Notes: generated from the letters alone by a model not told the origin. A stretch of 64,000 nucleotides of DNA from Eledone cirrhosa (GCA_964016885.1 OZ024741.1:217558001-217622000); one strand, 5' to 3'. Counted from the first letter of the stretch, positions 37,930 through 49,140 are shown. Program-made: numbers and translations.

Positions 37930-40900
37930 TGACCATGCTGTAAAATGGAGGGGTAGAGAGGGCCCTTGAGTCTAGTAAGACATCCTCTCTAGTGCTGGTG
38001 GCACAAATAAAAGCACCCAGTCCATGCTGTAAAGTGGCGCTGGTGTTAGGAAGGGCATCCAACCAGTGTATCAATGCCAAAAAGCTTATCAGCACAGCAA
38101 CAAAACAGCATAGAAAAAAATATGAAGACGTTGCATCTCAGAGTTGCAACACTTAATGTTGGCACTCTCAGAGGTAGATCTGCTGAAATAGCGGAGATGC
38201 TGGAGAGAAGGCAGGTGGATGTGTGCTGCGTGCAAGAGGTGAGATGGAGAGGTGCCTCTGCGAGACTAGTCGTAGGCAAGCGTCTTAGCTATAAGCTATT
38301 CTGGGTAGGTAAGGATGATGGGTTAGGGGGAGTAGGCATTTTCCTGGCTGAGAAATGGATCAATAAGACAATAGAGGTAGTTCGAGTTAGTAATCGAATA
38401 ATTAAGCTTAGATTAGTTGTAGGTAGGAGACTACTGACAATCATCTCGGTCTATGCTCCCCAAGCAGGCCTAGGCAAAGATGAGAAAGACTGCTTTTATG
38501 AGCAACTTTTGCAAACAACCACAATGACAGAGGACGGAGACATCGTTATGCTAGCAGGAGACTTCAATGGTCATGTTGGACAGCTCCAGGATGGTTACAC
38601 TGGGGTACATGGTGGGCATGGTTACGGTTCAAGAAATGAAGAAGGAGTGAGACTTCTTGAATTTTGTGATGCAAGTACATTGACTATTTGCAACACAAAC
38701 TTCCAGAAACCTGCCAATCACCTAATAACCTACAAATCTGGTGAGCACATAAGCCAGATTGACTTCCTGCTAGTTAGGCAGCGGGACAGGCAGATAGTGT
38801 CTAATACCAAGGCATACCCTGGGGAAGAATGTACCCCACAGCATAGGTTAGTTGTTAGTGATATCTCAGTAAGCAAGAGATGGAATGAGCCATATAGGAA
38901 GGTGTGGAGAAGAAAGGTCTGGAAGCTAAAAGACCTTTCACTAAAATTCAAATTTAGGAAAGCCCTTCAAGATGTATATGACGAAAAAGAAGACGATTTA
39001 GAGACGTATGACATAGATAATAACTGGAAGTTCTTACGTGACAACTTGCTGAAGGCTACTGATGAAACTTGTGGCTGGAGCAGAGCCCCAACCAGACAGA
39101 GAGTGACCTGGTGGTGGAACAGCAGTGTAGATAAGGCTATTAGAGACAAAAGACTAGCATGGAAGGCTTGGAATAAGGGTGGGAGTAGGGAAGAATATAC
39201 AGCCACTAAGAGAGAAGCTAGACGTCAGGTGTACTTAGCACGCAGGGAGGCAGAGAGTAGGAGGTTTGCCAATGTTCTGCGACGGGAAGATCAGAGGCGT
39301 GCGGTGTTCCACATTGCAAGGCAGTGTGTCAATGCAAATCAGGATGTTGTTGGTGATAAATGTGTCCGGGATGATGCCGGTGTACTTAGTGTCACGAATG
39401 ACCAGAAAAAGGAGGCCTGGAAATGCCATTATGAGAGACTGATGAATGTGGAGAACGAATGGGAGAGAGAGAAATTACCCTTGGTAGATCCGACAGAGGG
39501 ACCAGCTATTGAGATTGACGAATATAGGGTCCAAGAGGCGATTAGGGAAATGAAAAATGGTAAGGCGGCCGGACCATCGGGAATAGTTGCTGAGATGCTG
39601 AAGGCATCAGGGGACGTAGGCACTAAACTGGTTGCACGCATAATCAATCAGGCTATATATGGTGGTGTCATACCCAAAGACTGGTGCAGCAGTATTCTCA
39701 TAAATTGCTACAAAGGTAAAGGGGATGCTTTGGAGAGGAGCAATTATAGGGGTATAAAACTGATAGATCAGGTTATAAAAGTGGCAGAAAGGATTTTAGC
39801 ACAACTAATTAGAGAAAGGGTCAAACTAGATGAGATGCAGTTTGGTTTTGTGCCTGGGAAGAGTACAACAGATGCCCTCTTCTTGGTGAGACAAATGCAA
39901 GAGAGGTTCTTAGAGAAGAATAAGCCACTATACTTGGCCTTTGTTGACCTAGAGAAGGCCTTTGATAGGGTACCCCGATCTGTCATCTGGTGGTCCCTAA
40001 GGAAGCTGGGTGTTGAGGAATGGCTTGTAAGGACAGTGCAAACTTTGTACAGAGGTACTCTCAGTAAAGTCAGGGTAGGAATGGAGTTTAGTGAGGAATT
40101 CCAGATACAAGTAGGAGTACATCAGGGTTCGGTCCTCAGCCCGCTCTTGTTCATTATAGTCCTCCAAGCCATAACAGAGGAGTTTAAGACTGGCTGTCCA
40201 TGGGAACTTCTCTATGCTGACGATCTGGCTCTTATGGCAGAATCAGTAGAGGAGCTAGAGAATAAATTCCGGCTATGGAAACAGCAGTTGGAAGCAAGAG
40301 GACTGAGAGTAAATCTAGCTAAGACAAAAGTGTTGATGAGTAGAAAAGAGGACAAAACCCTGATTCCGTCAGGGAAATGGCCATGTTCGATATGCAGAAA
40401 AGGAACTGGCATAAATTCTATAAAATGCACACAATGTAGGTCCTGGGTACACAAGAGATGTAGCGGGATAGCAGGCAAACTAACAGGTAGGGAGAAATAT
40501 GTATGCAGTAGATGTACAGGGAAATTAGACAGTAGAAGTCGCACTGATAGACACATTTTTCAAATGCGAGAGGGCGCTATAGAAGTGGTGGATAGCTTCT
40601 GGTACCTAGGAGATCAGATTAGCATGGGAGGAGGGTGTTCCGAGGCCATAGTATCTAGAATAAGGACGGGTTGGAAGAAGTTTAGGGAGCTGCTTCCTCT
40701 GTTGACGAAGAAGGGTTTCTCCCTGCGTACGAAAGGCCGGTTGTATGATGCCTGTGTGAGGAGCGCGATGCTGCATGGTAGTGAGACATGGGCAGCTACC
40801 GCAGAAGATATGCGACGGCTGGAGAGAAATGAGGCAAGCATGCTCCGTTGGATGTGCAGTGTAAATGTGCGTGAACGACCCAGCATAAATGTGTTGAGAG

Positions 40901-41217
40901 AGAAACTGTGTCTGAGAGGGATAGAATGTAGTGTACGGGAGAGGAGACTGAGGTGGTATGGACATGTGATGCGCATGGAGGATGACCGATGGGTGAAGAA
41001 GTGCCAGGAAATGCCAGTTGAAGGAAGACGTAGTAGAGGTAGACCACGAAAAACATGGGCGGAGGTGGTGAGAACAGACCTCAGATCATTGAAGCTCACG
41101 GTGGAGATGACGAGGGACCGTGACGAGTGGAGAGATGCTGTGCTGAATAAGACCCGTCCCACCCTTGCAAGCAGGGAAAAGCGGACGTAAAATGATGATG
41201 ATGATGATGATGATGAT
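37930..41217 (+). mobile_element. RTE-clade LINE copy 3 with intact ORF
   Basis: Single ORF, very short 3' UTR, (GAT)n tail. Confidence 0.96.
38074..41190 (+). CDS. RTE LINE polyprotein: APE endonuclease, reverse transcriptase and PHD-like zinc finger (alternative start at 38122)
   Basis: 1038 codons without a stop. Motifs TLNV, VQE, GDFNGH, QIDF, QHRL, NYRGI, QFGF, DLEKAFD, QGSVLSP, YADD and a C4HC3 cluster. Confidence 0.96.
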   Translation: MPKSLSAQQQNSIEKNMKTLHLRVATLNVGTLRGRSAEIAEMLERRQVDVCCVQEVRWRGASARLVVGKRLSYKLFWVGKDDGLGGVGIFLAEKWINKTIEVVRVSNRIIKLRLVVGRRLLTIISVYAPQAGLGKDEKDCFYEQLLQTTTMTEDGDIVMLAGDFNGHVGQLQDGYTGVHGGHGYGSRNEEGVRLLEFCDASTLTICNTNFQKPANHLITYKSGEHISQIDFLLVRQRDRQIVSNTKAYPGEECTPQHRLVVSDISVSKRWNEPYRKVWRRKVWKLKDLSLKFKFRKALQDVYDEKEDDLETYDIDNNWKFLRDNLLKATDETCGWSRAPTRQRVTWWWNSSVDKAIRDKRLAWKAWNKGGSREEYTATKREARRQVYLARREAESRRFANVLRREDQRRAVFHIARQCVNANQDVVGDKCVRDDAGVLSVTNDQKKEAWKCHYERLMNVENEWEREKLPLVDPTEGPAIEIDEYRVQEAIREMKNGKAAGPSGIVAEMLKASGDVGTKLVARIINQAIYGGVIPKDWCSSILINCYKGKGDALERSNYRGIKLIDQVIKVAERILAQLIRERVKLDEMQFGFVPGKSTTDALFLVRQMQERFLEKNKPLYLAFVDLEKAFDRVPRSVIWWSLRKLGVEEWLVRTVQTLYRGTLSKVRVGMEFSEEFQIQVGVHQGSVLSPLLFIIVLQAITEEFKTGCPWELLYADDLALMAESVEELENKFRLWKQQLEARGLRVNLAKTKVLMSRKEDKTLIPSGKWPCSICRKGTGINSIKCTQCRSWVHKRCSGIAGKLTGREKYVCSRCTGKLDSRSRTDRHIFQMREGAIEVVDSFWYLGDQISMGGGCSEAIVSRIRTGWKKFRELLPLLTKKGFSLRTKGRLYDACVRSAMLHGSETWAATAEDMRRLERNEASMLRWMCSVNVRERPSINVLREKLCLRGIECSVRERRLRWYGHVMRMEDDRWVKKCQEMPVEGRRSRGRPRKTWAEVVRTDLRSLKLTVEMTRDRDEWRDAVLNKTRPTLASREKRT

Positions 41218-41219
41218 AG

Positions 41220-43660
41220 CAAGAGTGCTTAGTTGAACCATGATGGAGGCAAATGATATGATTTCCCTTTTTAGAGAGTTAATATGCAGGAGGAAGCAAT
41301 TGTTGCTGGGTGATATTTAATTTATTTAAGAAAAAGGATTAGGTAGGGTGTGAGGGAGGTAACTCTTGGAAATGTTTGATGGTTTGTTGCAGTTTTAGAT
41401 TGGTCAGATTTTTAGAGTATTGAGTAGTAGTTGAAATTTATTAATGAAATGTGTTTCCTTATTGGTACGTTGGATGAAAGTAGCCTTGTCTATGAATTTG
41501 TAAATGGGGAAAATTTTAAAGTTTGGATGTTGGTTGTGAGCACAATTGGCGATATGTTCACTAAATGCAATCTTTCTGTATTCCTGTATTTTAATTTGTG
41601 ATTTATGGATGGTCATACGTTGATGGAGGCTATTTTTTGTCTGTCCTATGTAGTGCTCTTGTCAACCTGAGCAGGTCAAAACATAGATAAGGTTTTCAGA
41701 TGCACATGTAAAGTTGTGTTTAACTGTGAAACGTCCTTGTTTAAAATGGAATGTTGAACCTTCTATTAGATTTATTCATATGCCACAGTTGGGCCTTCTG
41801 CATTTTGTTACTGTAGGGTTCATTGTGAGGGTTTGTTGGATTTTGGCTTGTGTGAGGATGTTTTTTATGGATTTGGGTTGTCTTTTGCTCTTTACGATGT
41901 TGTGTGTTTGGAGGATATTGTTCATTCTTGGGTCTCTTTTTAGTAAAGGAATGTTCTGGAGGATGGTGTTGAATGCCTCATTGTTGAGGGGGTTGTGTGT
42001 GGAGATGTATGGTAGAGTTTTTTGTTGCAGTTCATTCCTGGGTTTGGGGTGTCTGAGTTCCTGGATGTCTAGTTTTAGGGCACATTGGAATCCATTGGTG
42101 ATTAGGGATGGTGGGTAGTTTCTGCTGATAAGTGTGTTTTTTAATTCTTCTAGTCGTGTGTAGCATGTGTATTTATCTGAAACTATTGTGCAGATCCTTC
42201 TGGCTAGGTTATAAAGAATTGCCATTTTGGTATGTCGAGGGTGGCATGAGTTAAATGGAAGATATTGTTTGGAGTCTGTGGGTTTGTAGTATATGTCTGT
42301 TTCTATTTTGTTGCTTGTTTTCTTGATGAGGATGTCGAGGAAAGGGAGTTGTTCATGGCTGTAATCCATTGTGAATTGTAAGTTAGTGTTGAGTCCATTC
42401 AGAAGGGTTTTAAACTCGAACAGTCTATCTATACTTTCATGCCAGAGGATGAAGCAGTCGTCCAGATATCTCTTCCAGTTCTATCTATGTGTTGGTAGAA
42501 GTGGTTGCCGTATTTGTCTAGAACTTTGCAGTAGAGAATGGTTTCCAAATATCCCATGACAAGGTTTGGCGTATGAGGGGGCTACTTTCGTGCCCATGGC
42601 AGTCCCAGATTTCTGTCTGTAGTATTTGGCATTGAATTCAAAGAAATTGTTTTCCAAGATGAATTTGAGTCCCTCCAACACAAATTCTTTAGGGATGCGC
42701 TGTGGAAGTTCATTAGGGAAATTTTCCATCCAGAATTGTATTGCCTCTATACCTAGGTTGTGTGGGATATTGGAATATAAATTGATGACATCAAAGGTTA
42801 CTAGTAGGGTATGTTCGTTATTGAGTGTTGTTGGGAGGTGGTTGAACATGTCAAGATAGTCCCTTGTGAAGCTTTTTATATGTTTTAGGAAAGGTTTAAG
42901 CAGAATATCTAGGAAATTGCTTAGGCGGTGGGTTTCACATGTGGTGCCTGCTATTATGGGTCTTAATTTAAGGTCATCAGGAGGGGCTATATTGATGGAA
43001 ACGTCTGTGGCTTGCTTGCAGGCCTTGCCTGTTACTTCGCTTTTGTGTGTCTTGGGGATACCATAGAAGAGGGTGGTTCTGCTTTTGAAATTGGTGATGT
43101 AGTTGTATTCCAAGGAATACAACTACATCTTTGTAAAGGGTTGTTAGGGATTTTAGGTTTCTCATTATTTTCTGTTGTGTGTAGTGTTGGGACTTTTCAT
43201 AATATGTTTGGTTTTCTAGAGTTGAGAGTACTATAGTTGTGTAATAATCTGTCTCCATAAGGACAACTGCACTCCCTTTATCTGCCCCTTTCATTGTTAG
43301 GGTTTTGTCGTTTTTTAGACTGTTAAGACCATTCCATTCTTTTTTGCTTAGGTTTGGTTTTATGTCTGTGTAGGTGGTGGTATGGGTTATTAGTAATGTG
43401 TTCGCAGAATTGATCGAGGAATTTATTCTTGCCTTTTGGTGGGGTGTAGTTGCTTCTATTTCTGGTTATTGAGTCATTCGCATTGTATTTGTCATATAGT
43501 TGTTCGCCGAGTCTTAGTTTTCTACAGAATTCTGCAATACCTTCCTTCATTTCGGGGTAGTTTGGTTGTTGGGGAGTTGGTGTACATTTTAGACCTTTGG
43601 AGAGTATGTTGATTTGGTCTGTTGTTAATTCTTTAGAGGTTAAATTGACAATTTATATCA
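41220..43660 (-). mobile_element. Penelope-like retroelement, Neptune-type (RT, Cys linker, GIY-YIG), frameshifted in the 5' half
   Basis: LSKGL, ADKGSAVV, FYGIPKTHK, LRPII, FDVINLY, GTAMGT, RYLDD, LPFLD, YYKPTD, HPRH, Cx4Cxx(TGA), LIY…YIGQT. Stop at 41404-41406. Confidence 0.9.
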
Positions 43661-43663
43661 TAT

Positions 43664-44004
43664 TCATCATCATCATCATTTTACGTCCGCTTTTCCCTGT
43701 TTGCAAGGGTGGGACGGGAACTGATTCTGACTTGATTTCTACAGCTGGATGCCCTTCCTAACACCAACCTCATTTACAGTGAGTGCTGGGTGCTTTTTTT
43801 TTGCCGTGGCACATCCACGACCATTTTGCAGTGGAATGATATGGACCCCAGTCCCTATCATCTCATTTCTACAGCTGAGTAAACTGGAGCAATGTGAAAT
43901 AAAGTGTCTTGCTCAAGGAAACAACACATCACCCGGTCTGAGAATTGAACTCACAACCTTTCGATTGCAAGGCCAATGCTCTAACCACTAAGCCATGTGC
44001 CTCC
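43664..44004 (-). mobile_element. Full-length SINE family B with RTE tail
   Basis: Reverse complement of 31658-31989, with a (CAT)n tail. Confidence 0.9.
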
Positions 44005-44019
44005 CTATAAATTTATTAT

Positions 44020-44415
44020 ATATATATAAATTAATAAAAGATCGGAGGTCATATTCAGTTGATTCAGGTTTATTTAAAACTCCGTTATACATATTTCACT
44101 GAGGATTATCAGTTACAGGGAAATTATTGGATTTTTCCAAAATTTAAAGGTGTCTTAGAAACTTTGAATGTTTTTTTAGGTTCTGCTGTCTGAAGAGCTC
44201 AGGCTATCTTAACTGATATTCCTCAGTGAAATATGTATAACGGAGTTTTAAACAAACCTGAATCAACTGAATATGGCCTCCGATCTTTTATTAATATATA
44301 ATGCTCCGAATTGTACCATTTTATAGGTCGTTGAGCGCTTCTTTTTATCTGCTTCGCAACCAACAGACAATAATGTGGTCCGCACATCTCTGTTTGGTTA
44401 ACCCCATACTCTCTA
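44020..44415 (+). mobile_element. PLE terminal repeat with inverted partial copy
   Basis: ~90-bp arms (44022-44114 versus 44210-44300), an internal hammerhead, TTGAGCGCTTC at ~44331 (also in the Naiad leader), and TA flanks. Confidence 0.72.
44186..44243 (+). ncRNA. Type I hammerhead ribozyme motif, in sense orientation to the host intron
   Basis: CTGT-CTGAAGA-GCTCAGG…CCTCAGT-GAAA-TATGTATA-ACGG. 4-bp stem I, stem II with one mismatch. Confidence 0.68.
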
Positions 44416-44571
44416 TATATAAATGTAGAACATTTTGGAGGTAAACTATTGGAGCATTGAGTAAATTGAAATTCTGGAAAATGTAGAAATAATTATATTA
44501 AAAAGAAAAAAGATTTAAAGACATTTTCTAAAGTGTATTTTATTAATTTCTTCTATATTTTGTTTCTGTAG

Positions 44572-44764
44572 GGACTCATCGATCAAGCAGATGTATCCTT
44601 GGTGTGAAACTAGTCCAGGGTTCTCCTACAAACCTTTGTTTAGGTGTAGTTTCTTTACCAGAATTTATGTTGGCAGGACACTCAGTGAATAATTTAAGGA
44701 CACAGTTGAGTCGTCAACTACAGAAGTATTTACCTTCAAATTTTACCTTCCGGACCAGGAAAGG
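44572..44764 (+). CDS. Exon 2, first ubiquitin-like repeat (GTHRSSRCILGVKLVQGSPTNLCLGVVSLPEFMLAGHSVNNLRTQLSRQLQKYLPSNFTFRTRKG)
   Basis: Pyrimidine tract plus TAG acceptor, open frame, GG|GTAAGA donor. 193 nt, phase 1 to 2, joins exon 3 in frame. Confidence 0.85.
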
Positions 44765-44825
44765 GTAAGATGTTTTTTTATGTTTTATTTTCTTGATGTC
44801 CATTGTTCATTTCCCTTTTAAGAGT

Positions 44826-46620
44826 TTAACCCTTTAGTTACCAACCCAGCCAAAATGGCTCTAGTTCTATGAAATGCAACCACCCATTTTAACCCTTTAG
44901 TTACCAACCCAGCCAAAACTGGCTCTAGTTCTATGAAATACAACCACCCATTTTAACCCTTTAGTTACCAACCCAGCCAAAACCAGCTCTGGTTCTATGA
45001 AATAAAACCACCCATTTTAGCCCTTTAGTTACCAACCCAGCCAAAACCAGCTCTGGTTCTATGAAATACAACCACCCATTTTAACCCCTTAGTTACCAAC
45101 CCAGCCAAAACCAGCTCTGGTTCTATGAAATAAAACCACCCATTTTAACCCTTTAGTTACCAACCCAGCCAAAACCAGCTCTAGTTCTATGAAATACAAC
45201 CACCCATTGTAACCCCTTAGTTACCAACCCAGCCAAAACTGGCTCTAGTTCTATGAAATACAATCACCCATTTTAACCCTATAGTTATCAACCCAGCCAA
45301 AACTGGCTCTAGTTCTATGAAATACAACCACCCATTTTAACCCCTTAGTTACCAACCCAGCCAAAACTGGCTCTAGTTCTATGAAATACAATCACCCATT
45401 TTAACCCTATAGTTATCAACCCAGCCAAAACTGGCTCTAGTTCTATGAAATACAATCACCCATTTTAACCCTATAGTTATCAACCCAGCCAAAACTGGCT
45501 CTAGTTCTATGAAATACAATCACCCATTTTAACCCCTTAGTTACCAACCCAGCCAAAACTGGCTCTAGTTCTATGGAATACAACCACCCATTTTAACCCC
45601 ATAGTTATCAACCCAGCCAAAACTGGCTCTAGTTCTATGAAATACAACCACCCATTTTAACCCCTTAGTTATCAACCCAGCCAAAACTGGCTCTAGTTCT
45701 ATGAAATACAACCACCCATTTTAACCCCTTAGTTATCAACCCAGCCAAAACTGGCTCTAGTTCTATGAAATACAACCACCCATTTTAACCCCTTAGTTAT
45801 CAACTCAGCCAAAACTGGCTCTAGTTCTATGAAATACAACCACCCATTTTAACCCCTTAGTTACCAACCCAGCCAAAACTGGCTCTAGTTCTATGAAATA
45901 CAACCACCCATTTTAACCCCTTAGTTACCAACCCAGCCAAAACCAGCTCTGGTTCTATGAAATACAACCACCCATTGTAACCCCTTAGTTATCAACCCAG
46001 CCCAAACTGGCTCTAGTTCTATGAAATACAACCACCCATTTTAACCCCTTAGTTATCAACCCAGCCAAAACTGGCTCTAGTTCTATGAAATACAACCACC
46101 CATTTTAACCCCTTAGTTATCAACTCAGCCAAAACTGGCTCTAGTTCTATGAAATACAACCACCCATTTTAACCCCTTAGTTACCAACCCAGCCAAAACT
46201 GGCTCTAGTTCTATGAAATACAACCACCCATTTTAACCCCTTAGTTACCAACCCAGCCAAAACCAGCTCTGGTTCTATGAAATACAACCACCCATTGTAA
46301 CCCCTTAGTTATCAACCCAGCCAAAACTGGCTCTAGTTCTATGAAATACAACCACCCATTTTAACCCCTTAGTTATCAACCCAGCCAAAACTGGCTCTAG
46401 TTCTATGAAATACAATCACCCATTTTAACCCTATAGTTATCAACCCAGCCAAAACTGGCTCTAGTTCTATGAAATACAACCACCAATTTTAACCCCTTAG
46501 TTATCAACCCAGCCAAAACTGGCTCTAGTTTTATGAAATACAATCACCCATTTTAACCCTATAGTTATCAACCCAGCCAAAACTGGCTCTAGTTCTATGA
46601 AATACAATCACCCATTTTAA
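44826..46620. repeat. Tandem satellite, ~62-bp unit, derived from a MITE end
   Basis: TTAACCC(C/T)TTAGTTA(C/T)CAACCCAGCCAAAACTGGCTCTAGTTCTATGAAATACAACCACCCATT, about 29 copies. Confidence 0.95.
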
Positions 46621-46792
46621 AGGTTTCCAATTTAAATTAAAATCTTCCAACATAATTCTATATAAGAACCTTACATTAAGTTATTGTCTTATTAATGAAA
46701 TAATTAATAATTTTAATAAATCCCCCAAAATTCTTAATTAATTAATTAACCAAGGGTGTATTTCATTAGAAATGCAGTCATGAAAGGGTTAA
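46552..46792. mobile_element. piggyBac-type MITE continuing from the last satellite unit
   Basis: TTAACCCT … ATGAAAGGGTTAA ends. Related copies at 47324-47955. Confidence 0.7.
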
Positions 46793-47323
46793 TTGAAAGA
46801 GGGGGGGGGGGGGGGGGGGTAAGTTTTCTATTTTATTTATTTTTTTTTTTTAAGGTCCTTTGCTCATTGCCCCATTCAAAATTTAAGTGAAATTGAAGTG
46901 GTGGCAGTGGGGGAATATTATCTAATTATAGGTCTTCAGTTCAAATCCACTTTTGAGATTTGAAGTGAAAGATGAAGAGGATTTACCCAAGCCACCAAAG
47001 ACATAATTCCTATATATTAAGGAATAGTATTTTTTTTTTTCTTTTTTTTGCGAGGGCTACAATACAAATAGGACCCTGAATATTAAAAGTAACATTAACA
47101 AAGTTGTTGCAATGTTACCATGGAGATGTTTAATTAATCCTTAATATTTCGGGGTAAAACCCCTTTGTCAAAAGGTTGGGCAAACTAAGTCAGAACAGGC
47201 TACCTTGTGTTGTTCTTAGGCTGGTATTTATTAATCGGGAAGTTATGGTTGTATGTATTGTTGAAGTGAATTTAACACTGACCTATCACAAATGAAAGCT
47301 TGGTTATTAGAGCTCTACTAGTT

Positions 47324-48158
47324 TTAATCCTTTTCATACCAAACCATATGAAACCACTCCTGCTTTTATGATAAAAGACTTGCTTTTAAAGTGTTTATTT
47401 TTATCTAAAAACTTTCCATCATAATTTTTTGTAATATTCCAAACACCAGCTTAATAAGTTGTATTACTAAATCTCTCCAAATTCTGGATTATTTTCAAAA
47501 TTATTTGAACATCATAAGCAGTGTTTTTCATAAAAAATATGGAAATGTATGGGTCAACCTTCCTGTTACCAACCTGGCCGAAACTAGCTTTGTTTCTATA
47601 AAACAAAATCACCCATTTTAAAGAGTTCCTATAATGTTATATTATTTTTAAATTCATCCAACATAATATAAGAACCACATGTTAAGTTACCATCTTAGTA
47701 ATGAAATAATTAATCATTTTTGTAAATCCCTCAAAATTTTTCATGAATTAAGCCGTTTTGGTACCAGCCCAGGTAAAACCACCCATTTTAAAGGGTTCCT
47801 GTTTAAATTAAAATAATTCAATATAATGTTATATAAGAACTATTAGTTAAGTTACCATCTTAGTAATGAGATAATTAATTTTAGTAAATCCCTCAAAATT
47901 CTCTTAATTAAAGCAGTGTAAATCATTAGAAATATGATCATGAAAGGGTTTAACCCTTTAGCGTTTACATTACTCTATATTGTATTTTTGTGGTAAAAGC
48001 TTTATCTCACATAATATCGAATCTATGAGATTTTGATATTATTTATTTTGAGAACAATACGTTAACATCAGTATGAGTAGCAAGTTACAGCCAGTTTGAA
48101 CAGAAAGTGATGAGAGCATTCTGGTCGGATATGGCCAGTTTAAATGCCAAGGGGTTAA
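47324..48158. mobile_element. Cluster of adjacent TTAA-type MITEs
   Basis: Head-to-tail elements meeting at TTAA-like junctions (e.g. AAAGGGTTTAACCCTTT at ~47943-47959). The last element (47951-48158) is the inverted homologue of 51488-51699. Confidence 0.7.
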
Positions 48159-48554
48159 AGAAGAATTCAATAAAAGTTGGTATTGATATCTGGTTGAAAT
48201 CAGAAGTTTATTTTCCCTTGTTCCTCAGCTAGACACCAAAGTGTTTGTTTCTTTTATCAGGACATGCCTATCAAAGTTTCCTTACTTCGGTAGCTATGAA
48301 GACAAGCACATAAACAAACCTCTTGAAATCCTGTGAGGACATGAAAATAATGTGATTGTGATCAACACTCCTCAAATAAATATGGTTGTCTCTATGACAA
48401 CTGAAAATGTTTATCCTGTTTTTGTTTCATCTTGTGGAAAGAGAAACAGAAAATTTACTTAGATATATTTTCCTTTTCCATATACTTTGTTGTCTAACAT
48501 TTGTTTATTTTTATTACAACAACAACAACAATTGTTTTAAGGCCTTTGTCCAAC

Positions 48555-49140
48555 TCGGTACATCTGTACTTCACATGTGTAATCTCTCTGTACATATGTA
48601 CTCTCTCGGCACATGTGTACTCTCTCGACACATGTGTACTCTCTCGGCACGTGTACTCTCGGCACATGTGTACTCTCTCGGCACGTGTACTCTTGGCACG
48701 TGTACTCTCTCGGCATGTGTACTCTCCAGGTACATCTATACTTTCTCGACACATCTGTACTCTTCCGGCACATCTGTACTCTCTTGGTACATCTGTACTC
48801 TCTTGGTACATCTGTACTCTCTTGGTACATCTATACTCTCGTGGTACATCTGTACTCTCTTGGTACATCTATACTCTCTTGGTACATCTGTACTCTCTTG
48901 GTACATCTGTACTCCCTTGGAACACCTGTACTTTCTCGGTACACCTGTACACTCTCGGTAACATATATAAAATTTCGGTAACATATGTACTCTCTTGGTA
49001 CATATATACTCTCTCAATGCATCTGCACTATCTTGGTACATCAGTACACTTGTACTCCACCTCACTACAACTGTACTCTACATCTGTGCTTTATCTCTGA
49101 CCTCTACAATTGTACTTTAACCTATGACCTCTACCCTGTA
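48555..49140. repeat. ~19-bp minisatellite (CATCTGTACTCTCTTGGTA) grading into the exon 3 acceptor
   Basis: Direct inspection. Confidence 0.88.

Noticed and set aside
38730-41222. Antisense ORFs over the RTE (and over the PLEs and mariner)
   Set aside because: Shadow frames of the real transposon ORFs, with no independent motifs.
41218-41403. SECIS element downstream of the TGA-containing PLE
   Set aside because: I could not find an ATGA…AA…GA kink-turn stem on the minus strand. The UTR may be truncated at the RTE tail, so absence here is not decisive.
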